This document shows positions 50,054-62,943 of a stretch of 64,000 nucleotides of DNA, piece by piece; positions within the stretch are counted from its first letter, which is position 1, and every line of letters starts with the position of its first letter. The notes beneath the pieces were generated by a model, which made no database searches, was not told the DNA's origin, and saw only the letters and a program-made list of their open reading frames with translations. This DNA is from Callorhinchus milii (Eukaryota): the NCBI RefSeq assembly GCF_018977255.1, contig NW_024704742.1, positions 52,082,001 through 52,146,000 of the forward strand, given 5' to 3'. Position numbers and translations under genes: made by a program.

Positions 50054-50617
50054 CAACAACAACAACAAGATTACATTTGGAAAGCGCCTTTCACGTCGGG
50101 CGGACGTCCCAAAGCGCTGGACAGAGCACACAATTCAGACCCGAGCTGGGGTCAGGGGGGGAGAAGGGAGGGGAGGGGAAGGGGGTTGGCCGAAGGCATG
50201 GTCGAAGAGGAAGGTCTTGAGGTGGGACTTGAAGGAGACTAAGGAGAGGGCGAGGCGGAGTGACTGGGGAATTCCAGAGATTGGGGGCAGAGTGGCTGAA
50301 GGCTCTCCCGCCAATGGTGGGGCGGGTGGGTCGGGGGACATGGAGCAGGCCAGAGCCAGCTGAGCGGAAGTGGGTTGGTAGGGGGTTAGGAGGTCGCAGA
50401 GGTAGGGTGGGGCGAGGCCATGGAGGCCTTTGTATGAGAGGACCAGGATCTTTAACTGGATCCTCTGAAGGATAGGGAGTCAGTGGAGTTGGGCGAGAGT
50501 GGGGGAGATGGGGTCACGGAGTTTGGTGCGGAAGAGGACACGGGCTGCAGAGTTCTGGATTATTTACAGCCTGTGGAGGGAGGAGTTGGAAAGGCCGACA
50601 AGCAGGGCGTTTGCATA
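50054..50617 (-). mobile_element. L2 3' part (host of the CR1 insertion)
   Basis: (CAA)n tail at 50054; SFKSHLKTFLFDHAF; YANALLVGL at the junction. Confidence 0.92.
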
Positions 50618-53033
50618 ACATAACATAATATGTAGGAGCAGGAGTAGGCCATTCGGCCCTTCGAGCCTTCCCCGCCATTCAATCATGGCTGATCTTCTAA
50701 TCTAACTCCAGCTAATAACCTGACCCTGCCTTATCCCCATATCCCTTATTCCCTTTTGCAATAAGAAATCTATCTATCTCAATCTTGAATATGTTCAAGG
50801 ACTGAGCGTCAACAGCTGTTTGGGGTAGTGAGTTCCATACAATCAGAAGTTCTTCCTCAACTCAGTGCGAAAGGGCTGGGCTCTGATTTTAAGGTTGTGA
50901 TCCCTGGTTTTAGTTTCTCCAACCAGGGGAAACAATCTCCCACTATTTACTCTATCATGCCCTTTGATGATCTTATAGGTTTCTAATTCTCTAATTCTTC
51001 TATATTCAAGAGAATATAGGCCCAAATTGGTCAGCCTATCCTCGTAACTCATCCCCTTCATCCCTGGCACTAATCTAGTAAATCTACGCTGCACCCCCTC
51101 CAAGGCAAGTACATCCTTCCTTAAATAAGGAGACCAAAACTGCACACAGTATTCCAGGTGTGGTCTCACCAGGGCCCTATACAGTTGCAGCAAGACTTCC
51201 CTACTCTTATACTCTAATCCTTTCATAATGAATGCTAACATACCGTTCGCCTTCCTAATTGCTGCTGCACCGCAGACTAACTTTCTGTGATTGGTGTACA
51301 AGGACACCCAAGTCCCTCTGGACGCCAACACATTCCAACCTCTCCCCTTCTAAAAAAAACCCGCTCTACTGTTTTTGCTACCGAGGTGGATGACTTCGCA
51401 CTTCCCTACATTACACTTCATCTGCCACATACCTGCCCAATCACCTAACCTATCTATGTCTCGCTGCCTTTTTTTAATGTTGTCCTCTGTGTTGACACTT
51501 CCTCCTAGTTTTGTGTTATCCGCGAATTTAGATATATTAACTTCGATGTCCTCATCTAGATCGTTGATGTAGATGGTAAATAGCTGAGGCCCAAGGACTG
51601 ATCCTTGTGGCACTCCACTAGTCACATCCCGCCAATCTGAAAAGGACCCGTTTATCCCTACTCTTTGTTTCCTACCCGTTAACCATTCCCCAATCCACGT
51701 TAATATGCTCCCCCCAATTCCATGGGCCCTTATCTTTTGGACTAACCTTTTATGCGGCACCTTATCGAATGCCTTCTGGAAGTCCAAATAGACCACATCC
51801 ACTGATCCACCCTTATCTAGTTTACTTGAAATATCCTCAAAAAACTCTATGAGATTTGTCAAACATGACTTCCCTTTTGTAAAGCCATGTTGACTTGGCC
51901 TAATTATATTGTGCTCCCTAAATACCGCACTACCACATCCTTAATCAATGATTCTAAAATTTTTCCTATCACTGATGTGAGACTAACTGGCCTATAGTTC
52001 CCCATCTTTTCCTTTCCACCTTTTTTAAATAGTGGTGTGACATTTGCGATCTTCCAATCCATGGGGACTGTTCCAGAATCCAAGGAATTTTGGAAGATCA
52101 GACATAAGGCCTCCACTATCTCATAAGCTACCTCTTTTAAAACCCTGGGATGCAAGCCATCTGGACCAGGGGATTTGTCACTTTTTAGTGCTAACAGTTT
52201 CCCTAGCACCAATTCTCTACTAATGAAAATTTCCCTAAGTTGCTCCCTGTCCTTATCCCCTTGGTGCATCTCCATTATTGGCAGACTTGTTGTGTCTTCT
52301 AGGGTGAAGACAGATGCAAAGTACCCATTTAGGGACTCTGCCATGTCCTTATCCCCCATTACAACTTCTCCCGTCTCTGACTGAAGTGGACCTACATTTA
52401 CCTTCACTAGCCTATTCCTCTTAATATATTTGTAAAAACTTTTACAATCAGATTTAATGTTCCTAGCTAGCTTACCCTCATACTCCTTTTTCTCGCTCTT
52501 AATGTGTTTTTAGTTTTTTTTGCTGGTTTCTAAAACTCTCCCAATCTTCAGAATTGGTGCTTTTCTTGGCAGTTTTATAAGCCTTTTCTTTTAATTTGAT
52601 GCTTTCCCTAACTACTCTAGTTAGCCACGGATGAATTGCTTTCCCTGTGGTACTCTTATTCCGCAAGGGAATATGCGACCGCTGAGAATTTTGCACTACA
52701 TCCTTAAATATTTGCCACTGTTGGTCTACATTTTTACCTCTTAATCTTATTCTCCAGTCTATTTTACCTAAATCTTTCCTCATGCCTACAAAATTAGCCC
52801 TATTTAAATTCAGAATACTTGCCTCGGATTTAACTATATCCCTCTCTAACTTAATGCAGAATTCATCATAATGTGTTCACTCTGCCCTAGAGGATTCTTA
52901 ATACCTACACTGCCAACTAGCCCTGTTTCGTTACACAAAACAAGGTCTAGGATGGCCTGTCCCCTAGTTGGTTCCTCGGCATGCTGCTCGAGAAAGTTAT
53001 CTCTCATACACTCAATGAACTCTTCTTCTGACC
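50618..53033 (-). mobile_element. CR1 LINE, 5'-truncated, ~2.4 kb, frameshifted ORF2 (late endonuclease, RT, 3' UTR)
   Basis: PTRGQAILDLVL, KSPGPDGLHPRVLKE, NYRPVSLTS, YLDFQKAFDKVPH, GVPQGSVLGP, KFADNTKL and RPHLEYCVQFWSP spread over five ORF pieces. Confidence 0.96.
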
Positions 53034-54232
53034 CATAGTTGAGCCTGGAGGTGATGAAGGCAGAAACAAGAGTTTCAACGGCCTGAGGGGTGAGGTAGTG
53101 GCGGAGTTGGGTGATGTTATGGAGGTAAGGGAAGGCAGAGCGGGTCATGACTTGAATGTGGGGGAGAAAAGACAGTTGAGCGTCGAACAAGACACCTAGG
53201 TTCCTGACTGGCTTGGTGAGTTGTAGTGTGCAACCATGGAGGTTGATGTTGCCAGAGCCTGAGGTACTGAGGCGCTAGCGCGAGCGAATCAGGAGGGTCT
53301 CAGTCTTGTTAACATTCAACTGTAGAAAATTTGCCGTCATCCAGGAGTTGATGCCCGACAGGCATCAGGACAGCAGTGGTCCTGGAGTTGAAGGTGTAGG
53401 CAGAAAGATAGAGTTGGGTGTCATCCGCATACATGTGGAAGGTGACCCCATGTCTGTGGATGATGTCACTAAGGGGGAGCATGTAGATATTAAAGAGGAG
53501 AGGACCAAGGACAGAGCCCTGGGGGACGCCAGATGTGACAGTGCGGGGGCTGGAGGAGAAACCGTTAGAGGCAATGGAGACGGTGAGAGAGATAAGAATT
53601 GAACCAGGCAAGGGCAGGTCCGTGAAGATTGAGTAGAGCGGAGAGGCGGTGTATGAGGATGGAATGGTCGACAGTGTCGAAGGCAGCAGAGAGGTTGAGG
53701 AGGACAAGAAGGCAGAGGGAGCCCTGATCACAGATGTTCAGAATGTCATAAGTGACTTTGACCAGTGCTGTGGGCAGCGTGGAAGTCGGATTGGAGGGGT
53801 TGAAAGTGGGAATGGCGAGAGAGAAAGGAGGGGAGCTGGGTCGCGACAACTCGTTCCAGGACCTTGGAGAGGAATGGGAGGTTAGAGATGGGGTGGTAGC
53901 TGGAGAGGAGGGATGGAGCCATGGAAGGTTTTTTTAGGATGGGGGTGATGACGGCTGTTTTTAGGGGGGTGGGAACTGAACCGGTGGTCAGGGAGAGGTT
54001 GATAACATGGACAGGAGAGAGGCCAGAAGGTGGAGCTGGGAGACGAGGAGAGAGGTGGAGATGGGATCCAGGGAGCAGGTGGTGAGTTTGCGGACATTCG
54101 TGGTGAGGGAGAAGGGAGAGATAGGGTCGAAGGAGTATAGGGGGGTGGGTCATGAGGGAGAGGTGATGTGGGTGTGGACGGGGCTGAGGTGGCTGAACGT
54201 ATCCCCTCGTTTTTAGATTCGAGGAAGTCCAG
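53034..54232 (-). mobile_element. L2 RT region (5' continuation of 50054-50617), frameshifted
   Basis: YHPISNLPFLSKVLERVV, LNLSAAFDTVDHSIL, GVPQGSVLGPLLF, HMYADDTQLY, AFITSRLNY. Confidence 0.95.
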
Positions 54233-54520
54233 CATATAGTCTCATTGCTTCACTTGCAACGTTACTACCCAGTTAGTGGGCAGCTGCTCTGCAATAATTG
54301 GAGTATCATTGTTAGTGTCGCACACAAACTTCCCCAGCTTCAGCCTTGATTCGTGCAGTCAGCTCTCAGCAGGAAGTTGGAGATTGGGTATTGATCATGC
54401 AGCAGGCTGCTTGGTAAATTTAAATGCTGCTGTCTGTCTGCATGTTGGTGTCTGGTGTGTTTGCTTAATATCAATTCTCTTGTTCCCAGGAGACTGAGGC
54501 TGTGGAAGAATGCCTATGAT

Positions 54521-55446
54521 TGCCTCTCAATTACCTCACTTTGCGACACCCAGTTCCCTGATGTTCTGTCAGGCTGCCTGTCAGACCTCAGGAGCTGGAT
54601 GAGCGCAAATTTCCTTCAGCTGAACGTTGACAAGACAGAAGCCATACTCTTTGGCTCTCGTCAACGTCTAAAATCTCACAGTTCTCACCTCCAATACCTA
54701 CCCGACCTCCCCCTTAAACTCTCCGAATCCATCCGCAACCTAGGCATCAGGTTCGACCCCCAATTATCCTTCCTCCCCCACATCCGGTCCAATACCAGCA
54801 CCACTTTCTTCCACCTCCGACGCATCGCCTGTCTCCGCCAATACCTCACCCCAAAAGCTGCTGAAACACTGGTCCATGCCTTTGTCACCTCTCGGCTGGA
54901 CTATTCAAATGCCCTCTCCTCCCCTCCACTACCATCCATAAAATTCAGCTCATCCAAAACACTGCCGCCCGCATTCTTTCCTGCACCAAACTCCGCTCCC
55001 CGATTACCCCAGTCATTGCCAAACTGCACTGGCTGCCTGTCCCAGAGAGGATCGACTTTAAGATTCTCACCCTTGTCTTCAAATCCGTCCATTCCTCTGC
55101 ACCCTCCCTACCTCTCTGACCTCCTCACTTTTCACAACAGTGCCTGTTGCCGTCATTCCACCGGGTCTGGCCTCCTCCTTGTCCCCGAGTCCTCTGCTCC
55201 ACCCTCAGCGGCCGTGCTTTCAGCCACTATGCCCCGAGGCTCTGGAATTCCCTTCCTCACTCCCTTCGCCTCGTTCCTTCTCTTCCTATTTTCAGGTCTT
55301 AGCTGAAGACCTTTCTTTTCGAACGCGCCTGTGGTCACCTTCTTCCACCTCCCCCTGGCTCGGCCCCGGGATCCATAACTGTGAAGCACTCTGAGACGCC
55401 GTCTGGCATGGAGAGCGCTATATAAATCCAAGTTGTTGTTGTTGTT
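54521..55446 (+). mobile_element. L2 (second subfamily), 5'-truncated, frameshifted
   Basis: WMSANFLQLNVDKTE, NLGIRFDPQLSF, LVHAFVTSRLDYSNA; (TTG)n tail. Confidence 0.93.
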
Positions 55447-55482
55447 CTTAATATGACTGTAAAATAGCAATTACAATGTTAA

Positions 55483-55926
55483 GTGAGCCTGGCTCATTGG
55501 CAGGACCTGGAAGGGCAGACCAGTCACTGGTGGCAGGGAGTCATTCCACTCAGCTCTTGTTAACCCTGCAAGCCACAGCCCTAACCGGTAGGGTGGTCCT
55601 AGCTGGACAAGCAGCGGGAAAGCTTGCCGGACAGCAATATCAATGGCAAGCTTTCCAGTTTTAGCTGGTTAGACTCCAGCAGTACCCCATTGCACATTCT
55701 GGAGTCACCAAGTCTTGGCTTAGGCCAACCTATGCCTAATACTTTCCAGAATTAGGTAAGCAGGATGCGTCCCTCCAGGGAGAGAGAACACATTCCATTC
55801 CTACAATCTATTTCTTGGATTTCCATGTGTAGGTGGGATGCATGGAAATCTCAGGTTGTTTTTGATACTCTTAAGCATGGTGATGGGTTTTCACATGTGT
55901 CAGACACCCGGCTGACCAAAAAAAAC
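55483..55926 (+). mobile_element. Family X, best-preserved copy
   Basis: Ends gtcagacacccggctgacc followed by A8. Internal hairpin aaagcttgcc/ggcaagcttt. Confidence 0.85.
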
Positions 55927-56574
55927 CTAGGTGAGATGATAAGCTGGTGGGTACATAAAATAATCTGACACATCACTTGCTAATATCACTGTCACACATG
56001 TGATGTGTCACATTGTAAAATACTATAGCCGATGTTAATAGTCAAAGTCAAGTCTAGAAGTGATACTAAAGAAATAAAATTATTCTCAAAAGTCAATAAA
56101 ACTGTAAACTAAATTTATCCTTTTGACATATTGTAATGGGTGAAGTTCAAGAAACCTTTTTGAAATACTTTACAGTACTTGGACATACTTTCTAATACTC
56201 GGTCAGGTTTGTTACTGTTATCTTGGGTAGAATACAACAGGAACAAGCCTTAGCAGCAACAGCCTGTGTTCTACACAAGGGGAACGTAAGAGTGTTGTGA
56301 ACAGGACAGCCAGCAGCTGGCAGTCTGTACTGTGACTTTAAAGACATCATCTCACAGCACATTTCTGTCCTTTCAAACAGCCATTGAGAAGCCACACATC
56401 AACAAACACAATTTAAAAAATCCTCAAATAAACAATTATTTATAATTTACATGTAATTTACTGTAAAATGTAATAATATTTTCTGAAAATATTCTTCAGG
56501 CCAGACAGATTTACAGGCAGAAAATGTGTGTTAAGGTTCACCTTAATCGCCCCACCTCCACGACCTTGTGGATG

Positions 56575-56800
56575 AATGTTTGGTCCAGTGATCACCAGGC
56601 CATGTACAGCAGAAGGTCGCAGTTCATGTCCTGGTTAACCAATCTCAATTGGGCTAAAGGTTGGGATAGGGAGGGGGAAATCAACAAGGGTTCCAGCTGC
56701 TATTTGCTATCCTTGCTGGAAAGTGCGCATGTGTGGAACTCACTGTAGGACATTGTTTGGTTGTGACACTCCATAGTTAGACAGTGTGCGAAACTCACCA
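56575..56800 (+). mobile_element. AmnSINE2-like SINE
   Basis: agggagggggaaatcaacaagggttcc...gctggaaagtgcgcatgtgtgga. Confidence 0.65.
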
Positions 56801-57514
56801 TCAAGTTTCAGACATTATTAATAACAACTTGAACAGAGATTTACGTCCATGGAAGGAATAAAAAGCAAATGCCTTCAGGGAAGTAGGGGAGTGGAAAAAT
56901 GTCAGACATTCTTTAAAAAAGCTACAAGTTAGGAACCAGATTTTGCAGCACAGAACATTTTGCACTAACTGGTATAACAAGGGCTGCTTGGCTGGTATCT
57001 TGCCTTCCTTTGCACGGACCAATGCCTGAGACAACACTTATACTGCCAAGAACACAGCTACAGCTATAAATGTATATAACTGATCCTGCAAATAACTCTG
57101 GGATCTAATGTTTTTTCTGAAACTACAGTGTTTGATGGAAACTAAGACTTTTTCGAAAAAATAACATGGATTGTGTTCTGGAAATGCATCTTGTGTGGTT
57201 CTAAATGGAAGGAACCAGACTATTGCTGGGTCATTGGGATCTATAAAAGGAGGTGAGGACAAAAGTGGGAATGATGTTGCGAAATCGGGAAGACAGAGAG
57301 AAGAAGGGACAGGAGATATCTGAGTTGGAAAGGTTTTGGAAGTTATTTTAACTCCTATGAGGCAAATGCTGAGAGTGATCAGCTCTTCTGTGATTATTTT
57401 ATGGTATCATCATAATGTTAACAATAAGTAAAATCTGATACAACACATTTCCAACCTTTGAAAATAAAGTATTATTGTATCATCTCAGCTCTGGTTTCAC
57501 TGACAGCAGTCAGG

Positions 57515-57950
57515 ATAATAAAAATCCTTGCATTTGACATAGCGATTTTATTTCCAGGAAGACGGCTCAAAGTGCTTCATAAGATTTACTGTAAAGTGTA
57601 ATGACTGTGTATTGTAGGTGAATGTGGCAGGCAGCTTTGCGCACAGCAATATCCACAAAGAACCATGAAATGAATGAGAAATATTATGTGGGGAATTCTT
57701 GCCCAGAATCCCAGGAGAAACACTTCTTTTTTCAAGTAATTCCATGGGATCTTTAATATCTACCTAAACAGGCAGACGGGCACCTTGGTTTAATCCCTCA
57801 TCTGAAAGATAACACCTCCAACATTGCAGTGCACTGCCAGTGCTGCATTGAAATAGCAACCTGACTTTGTGAGTTCAATGTCCTGACATGGGGCTTGACT
57901 CACAACCTTCTGACTCAGATCAAAGTATTACCAATTGAGCCAGGCTGATA
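57515..57950 (-). mobile_element. Long Deu-domain SINE, near full length
   Basis: Colinear with 7890-8334. Confidence 0.85.
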
Positions 57951-58574
57951 CCTAAAAAGTGGCATAGAATGAGCTCCTGACAAGTGGTCCAAAGGATTAA
58001 AATGGTGGAACATCTTTTGGGACCCCAAGATAGATAATCTGCTTGATCTAAAATTATTGACTGTGCAGCAGAATATTATGGTAATATGGGCTGAAGTGGG
58101 CCTCTCAGCACAATCTGTGTGGATCCACATGTTTTGGAACATTGTCCTGTCGGAGGAGATCATACTCAAACTCTGCCTGAGGCCAAACAAATTCCTACAG
58201 ACAATGGCTCCCCATTCCTGGAGTGCTGCCAGCGGCTGTCAATGCTGGACCTTCACCTCTTCCCCTCCTCACAATGGTTTCACTCTAGAGATCCTGGTTG
58301 GGACCAGTCAGAGGGAGGCGCAAACAAAGATCCGAGTGAGCTGTTTGCTCAAACCCTCTCCCAGGGGTTGATGATTTCTTGATCTGACCCAGCTGGCAAT
58401 TCAGCCAATTTCAGAGACTTACATTTTCCCTGTTTCTCTCCCTCCGCCTCCCCCCCTCCATTATCCTCTCCTTCAATCAGAGTGCTAAATCTGTTTGGGA
58501 GCCACTATTTGCTGGGTTGGCCTGTCATTAACTGTGGGAGGGGAAAGTATTCCATCAGCTGGATGCCTGTGCTG

Positions 58575-58890
58575 CTGACCAGCATTATGAGTTATTGTCT
58601 GGCAATACAAGAGCAAAAATTGGCTGGCAGTGTGAGGGTAATTGTCTGCCTATACAAGGGTGAATGACTGGCAGTGTAAGGATAAATGATGGGCAGTGCA
58701 TGGTTAATACAAGGGTAGTTGGCTGGTAATGCAAGCATTAATGTCTGAAAGTATGAGTGTAAATGGCTGGCAATTGGAGAATAATTAGCTGACTGCATAA
58801 CACATAACAATAAATGACTGTCAGTACAAGGCTAAATGACTGGCAGTGTAAGGGCAATTAACCAGCATTATAATTGTAAACGGCTGGCTT
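58575..58890 (+). repeat. Degenerate 22 bp minisatellite
   Basis: Recurrent unit approximating tgactggcagtgtaagggtaaa, about a dozen diverged units. Confidence 0.75.
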
Positions 58891-59043
58891 TCATATGATG
58901 CTGAGATGCCTTCTTGGTTCCAGTTGTTCATCTTTAGTGATTGAGCTGGATAAACATTCAGCACTCCGAGATCCTCCCTGCGTGTAGGGTGCTATAGAAA
59001 TGCAAGTTGTTGTTGTTGTATTGTCCTCGCAGCATAAGTGGAT

Positions 59044-59452
59044 ATCAGCGTGATTCAGTTGATAACACTCTCGTCTCTAAGTCACAATGCTGAAGGTTCA
59101 AGCTCCTGTCTCTACATTTGTCTCAAAATCTAGGCTGATATTCCAGTAGAGTGCTGCGGTAGAATTGTTAGCCTTCAGATGAAGTGTTAAACCTAAGTCT
59201 TTGTCTGTCTGTTCAGGTGGACATTAAAGATCCCAAGGCACTATTCGAAAAAAGAAGACAATTTGCCTGGTGTCCTGGCCAACAATCCCTGAGGTAACAG
59301 TGGTCATTCACTTTGTGTTTTTTTTTGTGGGACATTGTTGTGTGCTACGATCATCTACAAATAGTCACGACACTTCACAATAAAAATCCTATGAAGTGCT
59401 TTGAGATGTTTCAATGATTTGATAAGGTGCTATATCAAATGTAAGGATTATT
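59044..59452 (+). mobile_element. Long Deu-domain SINE
   Basis: Colinear with 11574-12001. Confidence 0.85.
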
Positions 59453-60974
59453 GTAAAATTCCATTTTAAACAGTAACTGTGATCCATTATCATAAAAGCT
59501 GCATATAAAGTGCTTTAAGAATTATCACCTCTATATGACATGTGGCTAATTGTAGCTAAAGCTCAAGCTCTGGTTGGGAGAGGGGAATAGGTGCTTTTGG
59601 ATGGTGAGTGAGAAACTACATGGAATCCACAAGGATACGGTCCACGAATGATGACTATGACAGAGGAGAGGAGATGAAATTCAAATAATTTCCTTTCCCA
59701 CCAAAACTAATGGACACCCCTTCATTTTGTTTAACTTTCTGTTTCAATGTGCATTGCCTTGCATTTATCTACATTAAAATTTATCTGATACTCCAACAAT
59801 TTAATTGGTTCAGATCTTCCTAAGTGCTATATTATTCACCTGCTCACACTATTTGATATCATTGAAAGATTTTATGATTTTTTACATTATTTTGACAGCA
59901 AATGTTATAATATTACAACTTCACATTATTGGTTCACATTTCTTAAAATCAAACATTATCAAAACATTGGATGGATTATCTCTGTATTGACACCATGCAT
60001 TAGGAAGAGGTACTCTCTTACGTTTAGGTAGAAAAATTCAAGTGGCAGATAATTCTAAGAACATCCCAGTCCTGAAATACGATGATAAACACACCAGTAA
60101 AATGTATGTTCTGATAGGACCAGCTGTTTTTTTTTCTTCATTATCAGTTCTATATATATATATCACAGCTGAAAGAAAGATACACAACCCTTGGGAGTAG
60201 GTATAAAATATATACATATTATCGTCTCCAAAAACTGTACATAATTTTGATAAATCTTTGCAACTTTAATGATTGTAATCGGCCAAAAGGATGAAGATTT
60301 TCTGCCTACTCTCACAATATGTTTTAAAGCTTTTAAGACTGACAAGAAGTATGAATGGTTTGTGAATGAAAGCTGTGCAATGGCTTCTGTTCCATCATGT
60401 GCCTTGTACAGGAAATGTTAGCAAACTGTTTTGATTAAGCATCCCTGCCTTTAGACGCCTCTGAAATCCTAAACGAAACAACAGTGTGGCTTTTAGTTGT
60501 ACTTTATTCAAAATGATCAAATGTTTTCTTAAACATATGTAGGATCACTGAACTGACAGCATGACACTGACCCAAGGAGCCATGAGAATGCTAGAAACAA
60601 AACCTGGTAGATTGCCAGCAATGTCTAATGCAATATGTGATGGTTTACAATTTGCATTCCCTGACATTTTATTGCTTCAGATTTAATGACTCAGTATTGC
60701 ACAATCATCAGATTTGATTTTGTATGCTTGTCATTTAGAACAAATGATCCCTTTTTAATTTTCTCTGGCATCACAAAAAAAATCTTTCGATAGGTTGCCT
60801 GTGCCAAATGATCTCACAGCTTAATGTATATGTTATGGAAGCAAATCGACTTGGCATCTGCATTTAAGTTGATATCCCAGGATTGGCTGAAACTCCATAG
60901 ATGACAGTGTATTTTTTTTNACAGATATTGATGGTGACTGGTTTCCACTCATCTAAACAGTTCTAAAGTTATTG

Positions 60975-61788
60975 TCTTTCAAAGTGCCATTTTGAATTCT
61001 TCAAATGAGTGGACATTTTTAATAATTCCCACTGGAAAATATGAAGCTTTGCGTGTTGTGGCTCCAAATGCAACAATTATACAGGTCACTGGAGTTTAGC
61101 TGTGACCTTTTCTAAGATACATCTCTGTTCATGTTAGTTGTTCATATTGTTGAAATTCAGAACGGATTTAGTTTAAATTTTTTTTTGTATTGCTTCATGT
61201 AAGAGATAAACATTTATCCAATTTATTGGATGGTCTATTCCTGCAGATTATGTATGCCTCTGATGGAATGCAAAAATGCTTCTGTTCAACAAACCAACTT
61301 GAAGTGTGTTGTATGCCAAAAAGCAGGGCTATAAACCATCTTTAGCAAAACAAAACACTTATTCACATCCATAGTGTTCCACTCCACTACAAAATACTGT
61401 ACTTGCAAAAAAAGTCAAAATATATAACGCAAACTGAATAATCCCTAGCACACAAATGATAGAAACTCCTGTGAAACATTGAAAGAAAAGTGAGGAACAC
61501 TATGTCCCTTAACAGTTTTTTCTTTAGTTTAACTGTCTTGATTTAATTTGCAGATTATGGATGTGTTATCACATTTAGGACTTTTTAAACCCTGAGCCCT
61601 CATAAACGATTGGCATTAACTTTAACATTCTTTTAATTCTTATAGTTTTGTTCATATTGTTATGTTTAAATAGTGTGCCATTTGCTGAAGCATTGACTAG
61701 AGCCTGAGAGTCAACGAGCTGATCTGCACAGATATATTTGAAGAATTCAAAATGGCACTTTGGAAGATGTTCATATATCTGTGCAGAT
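60975..61788. repeat. Distant 32 bp inverted repeat; right copy bracketed by a 16 bp inverted repeat
   Basis: 60975-61006 versus 61736-61767 (1 mismatch); 61722-61737 versus 61773-61788 (perfect). Confidence 0.9.
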
Positions 61789-61899
61789 AAGTCACAGATC
61801 CAGCAGAGTTTGTTTTCATTGTGGAAAGTTATTCAGCTGCTTTAGTATATTGGGAACCATAACATCATAACAGCCAATCTAAACTATCACGTTGTTTGA

Positions 61900-62100
61900 A
61901 CTCTTTTGGTCTGATACCTGAGCAAAGCAGGTCCACAGTACTCCAGGAACAAATGATGGATCAGTCACCCTGGATTGATGCTGAAAAAGCAGTAGCACTG
62001 GGATTCAGCCCACTTGGTTTCTGATAACCCTGCACACCAAAAGCTGACTGGTAGTGTAGGGTCCGAGCAGGACAAACAGTAGGAAGCTTACCAGTGCTCT
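61900..62100 (+). mobile_element. Family X internal fragment
   Basis: gatacctgagcaaagcaggtccacagt and ggacaaacagtaggaagctt match the 28815 and 55600 regions. Confidence 0.6.
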
Positions 62101-62519
62101 GAATAGTAAGTTGGATGAGTTTAGCTGGTTACATTCAGCAGTACTTCAATGCTTACTCTAGGTTCCCTAATGCTTAGTTCCTTAGGATTGCTTTGAGACA
62201 TCTCAGTGACATGATAAAGCGCAAGATCAAATGTAATAATTATTAACGTAAACGCACATTCCAGACCAATGGAAACCATACTTTTGGAATTCTCAATTAT
62301 GGTTTGGAGAATCTTAAACACACTACTGGATTTCTGTGTGTCAAGTGTCTGACGTACCAAAAAGAAATGATAAGAAATAATCCTAGTGTTTGATATAATA
62401 ACCTTCTCCCTCCCACCAGCTCAGACACAACCACTGTTAAGCGCTATGAGACGTTGCCCCGCGTGAACTTGTATGATATAAATAAATACTAGTTGTTGTT
62501 GCTGTACCTATAATGTCAA

Positions 62520-62878
62520 AGCGTCTCAAAGCACTTCCCAAGTAATTGCTATCAAGTGCAGTGTATTTGTATATAATTGCACAACCAATTTGTATAGAGC
62601 AGTGCTCCACATTCAGCAAATGACCAATATATGGCAGAACAGCAGGAGAAACATTTTATGTAGTTAAGTAGTTTGATAGCATCTTAAACATACACATGAA
62701 CAGCAGACAGGACCTCAGCAAAATGTTACATCCAAAGGAAAGCATCTCCAACAATGAGCACTTCTCTAGTACTGCACTGGAGTGTTAGCCTAGGTTGTAT
62801 TCAATTCACGTCCTGACTTTGAGCTTGAACCAACAACTTTTGGACTTGGAAGCAAGAGTGCTCCCAACTGAACTGACT
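62520..62878 (-). mobile_element. Long Deu-domain SINE, degenerate
   Basis: tactgcactggagtgttagcctag...gcttgaacc head in reverse complement. Confidence 0.7.
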
Positions 62879-62943
62879 AAATGAACAGAAGGAGAGAAAT
62901 AAAAACCATTGTGTAAGACTAATATTTTGCAAATGCTTTATTA

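Noticed and set aside
54455..55306. 283 aa ORF as a host gene
   Set aside because: It is L2 ORF2 sequence that shifts out of frame after SRLDYSNA.
60905..60970. Strong-looking splice acceptor containing an N
   Set aside because: All three frames stop within 15 codons, and the base at 60920 is ambiguous.
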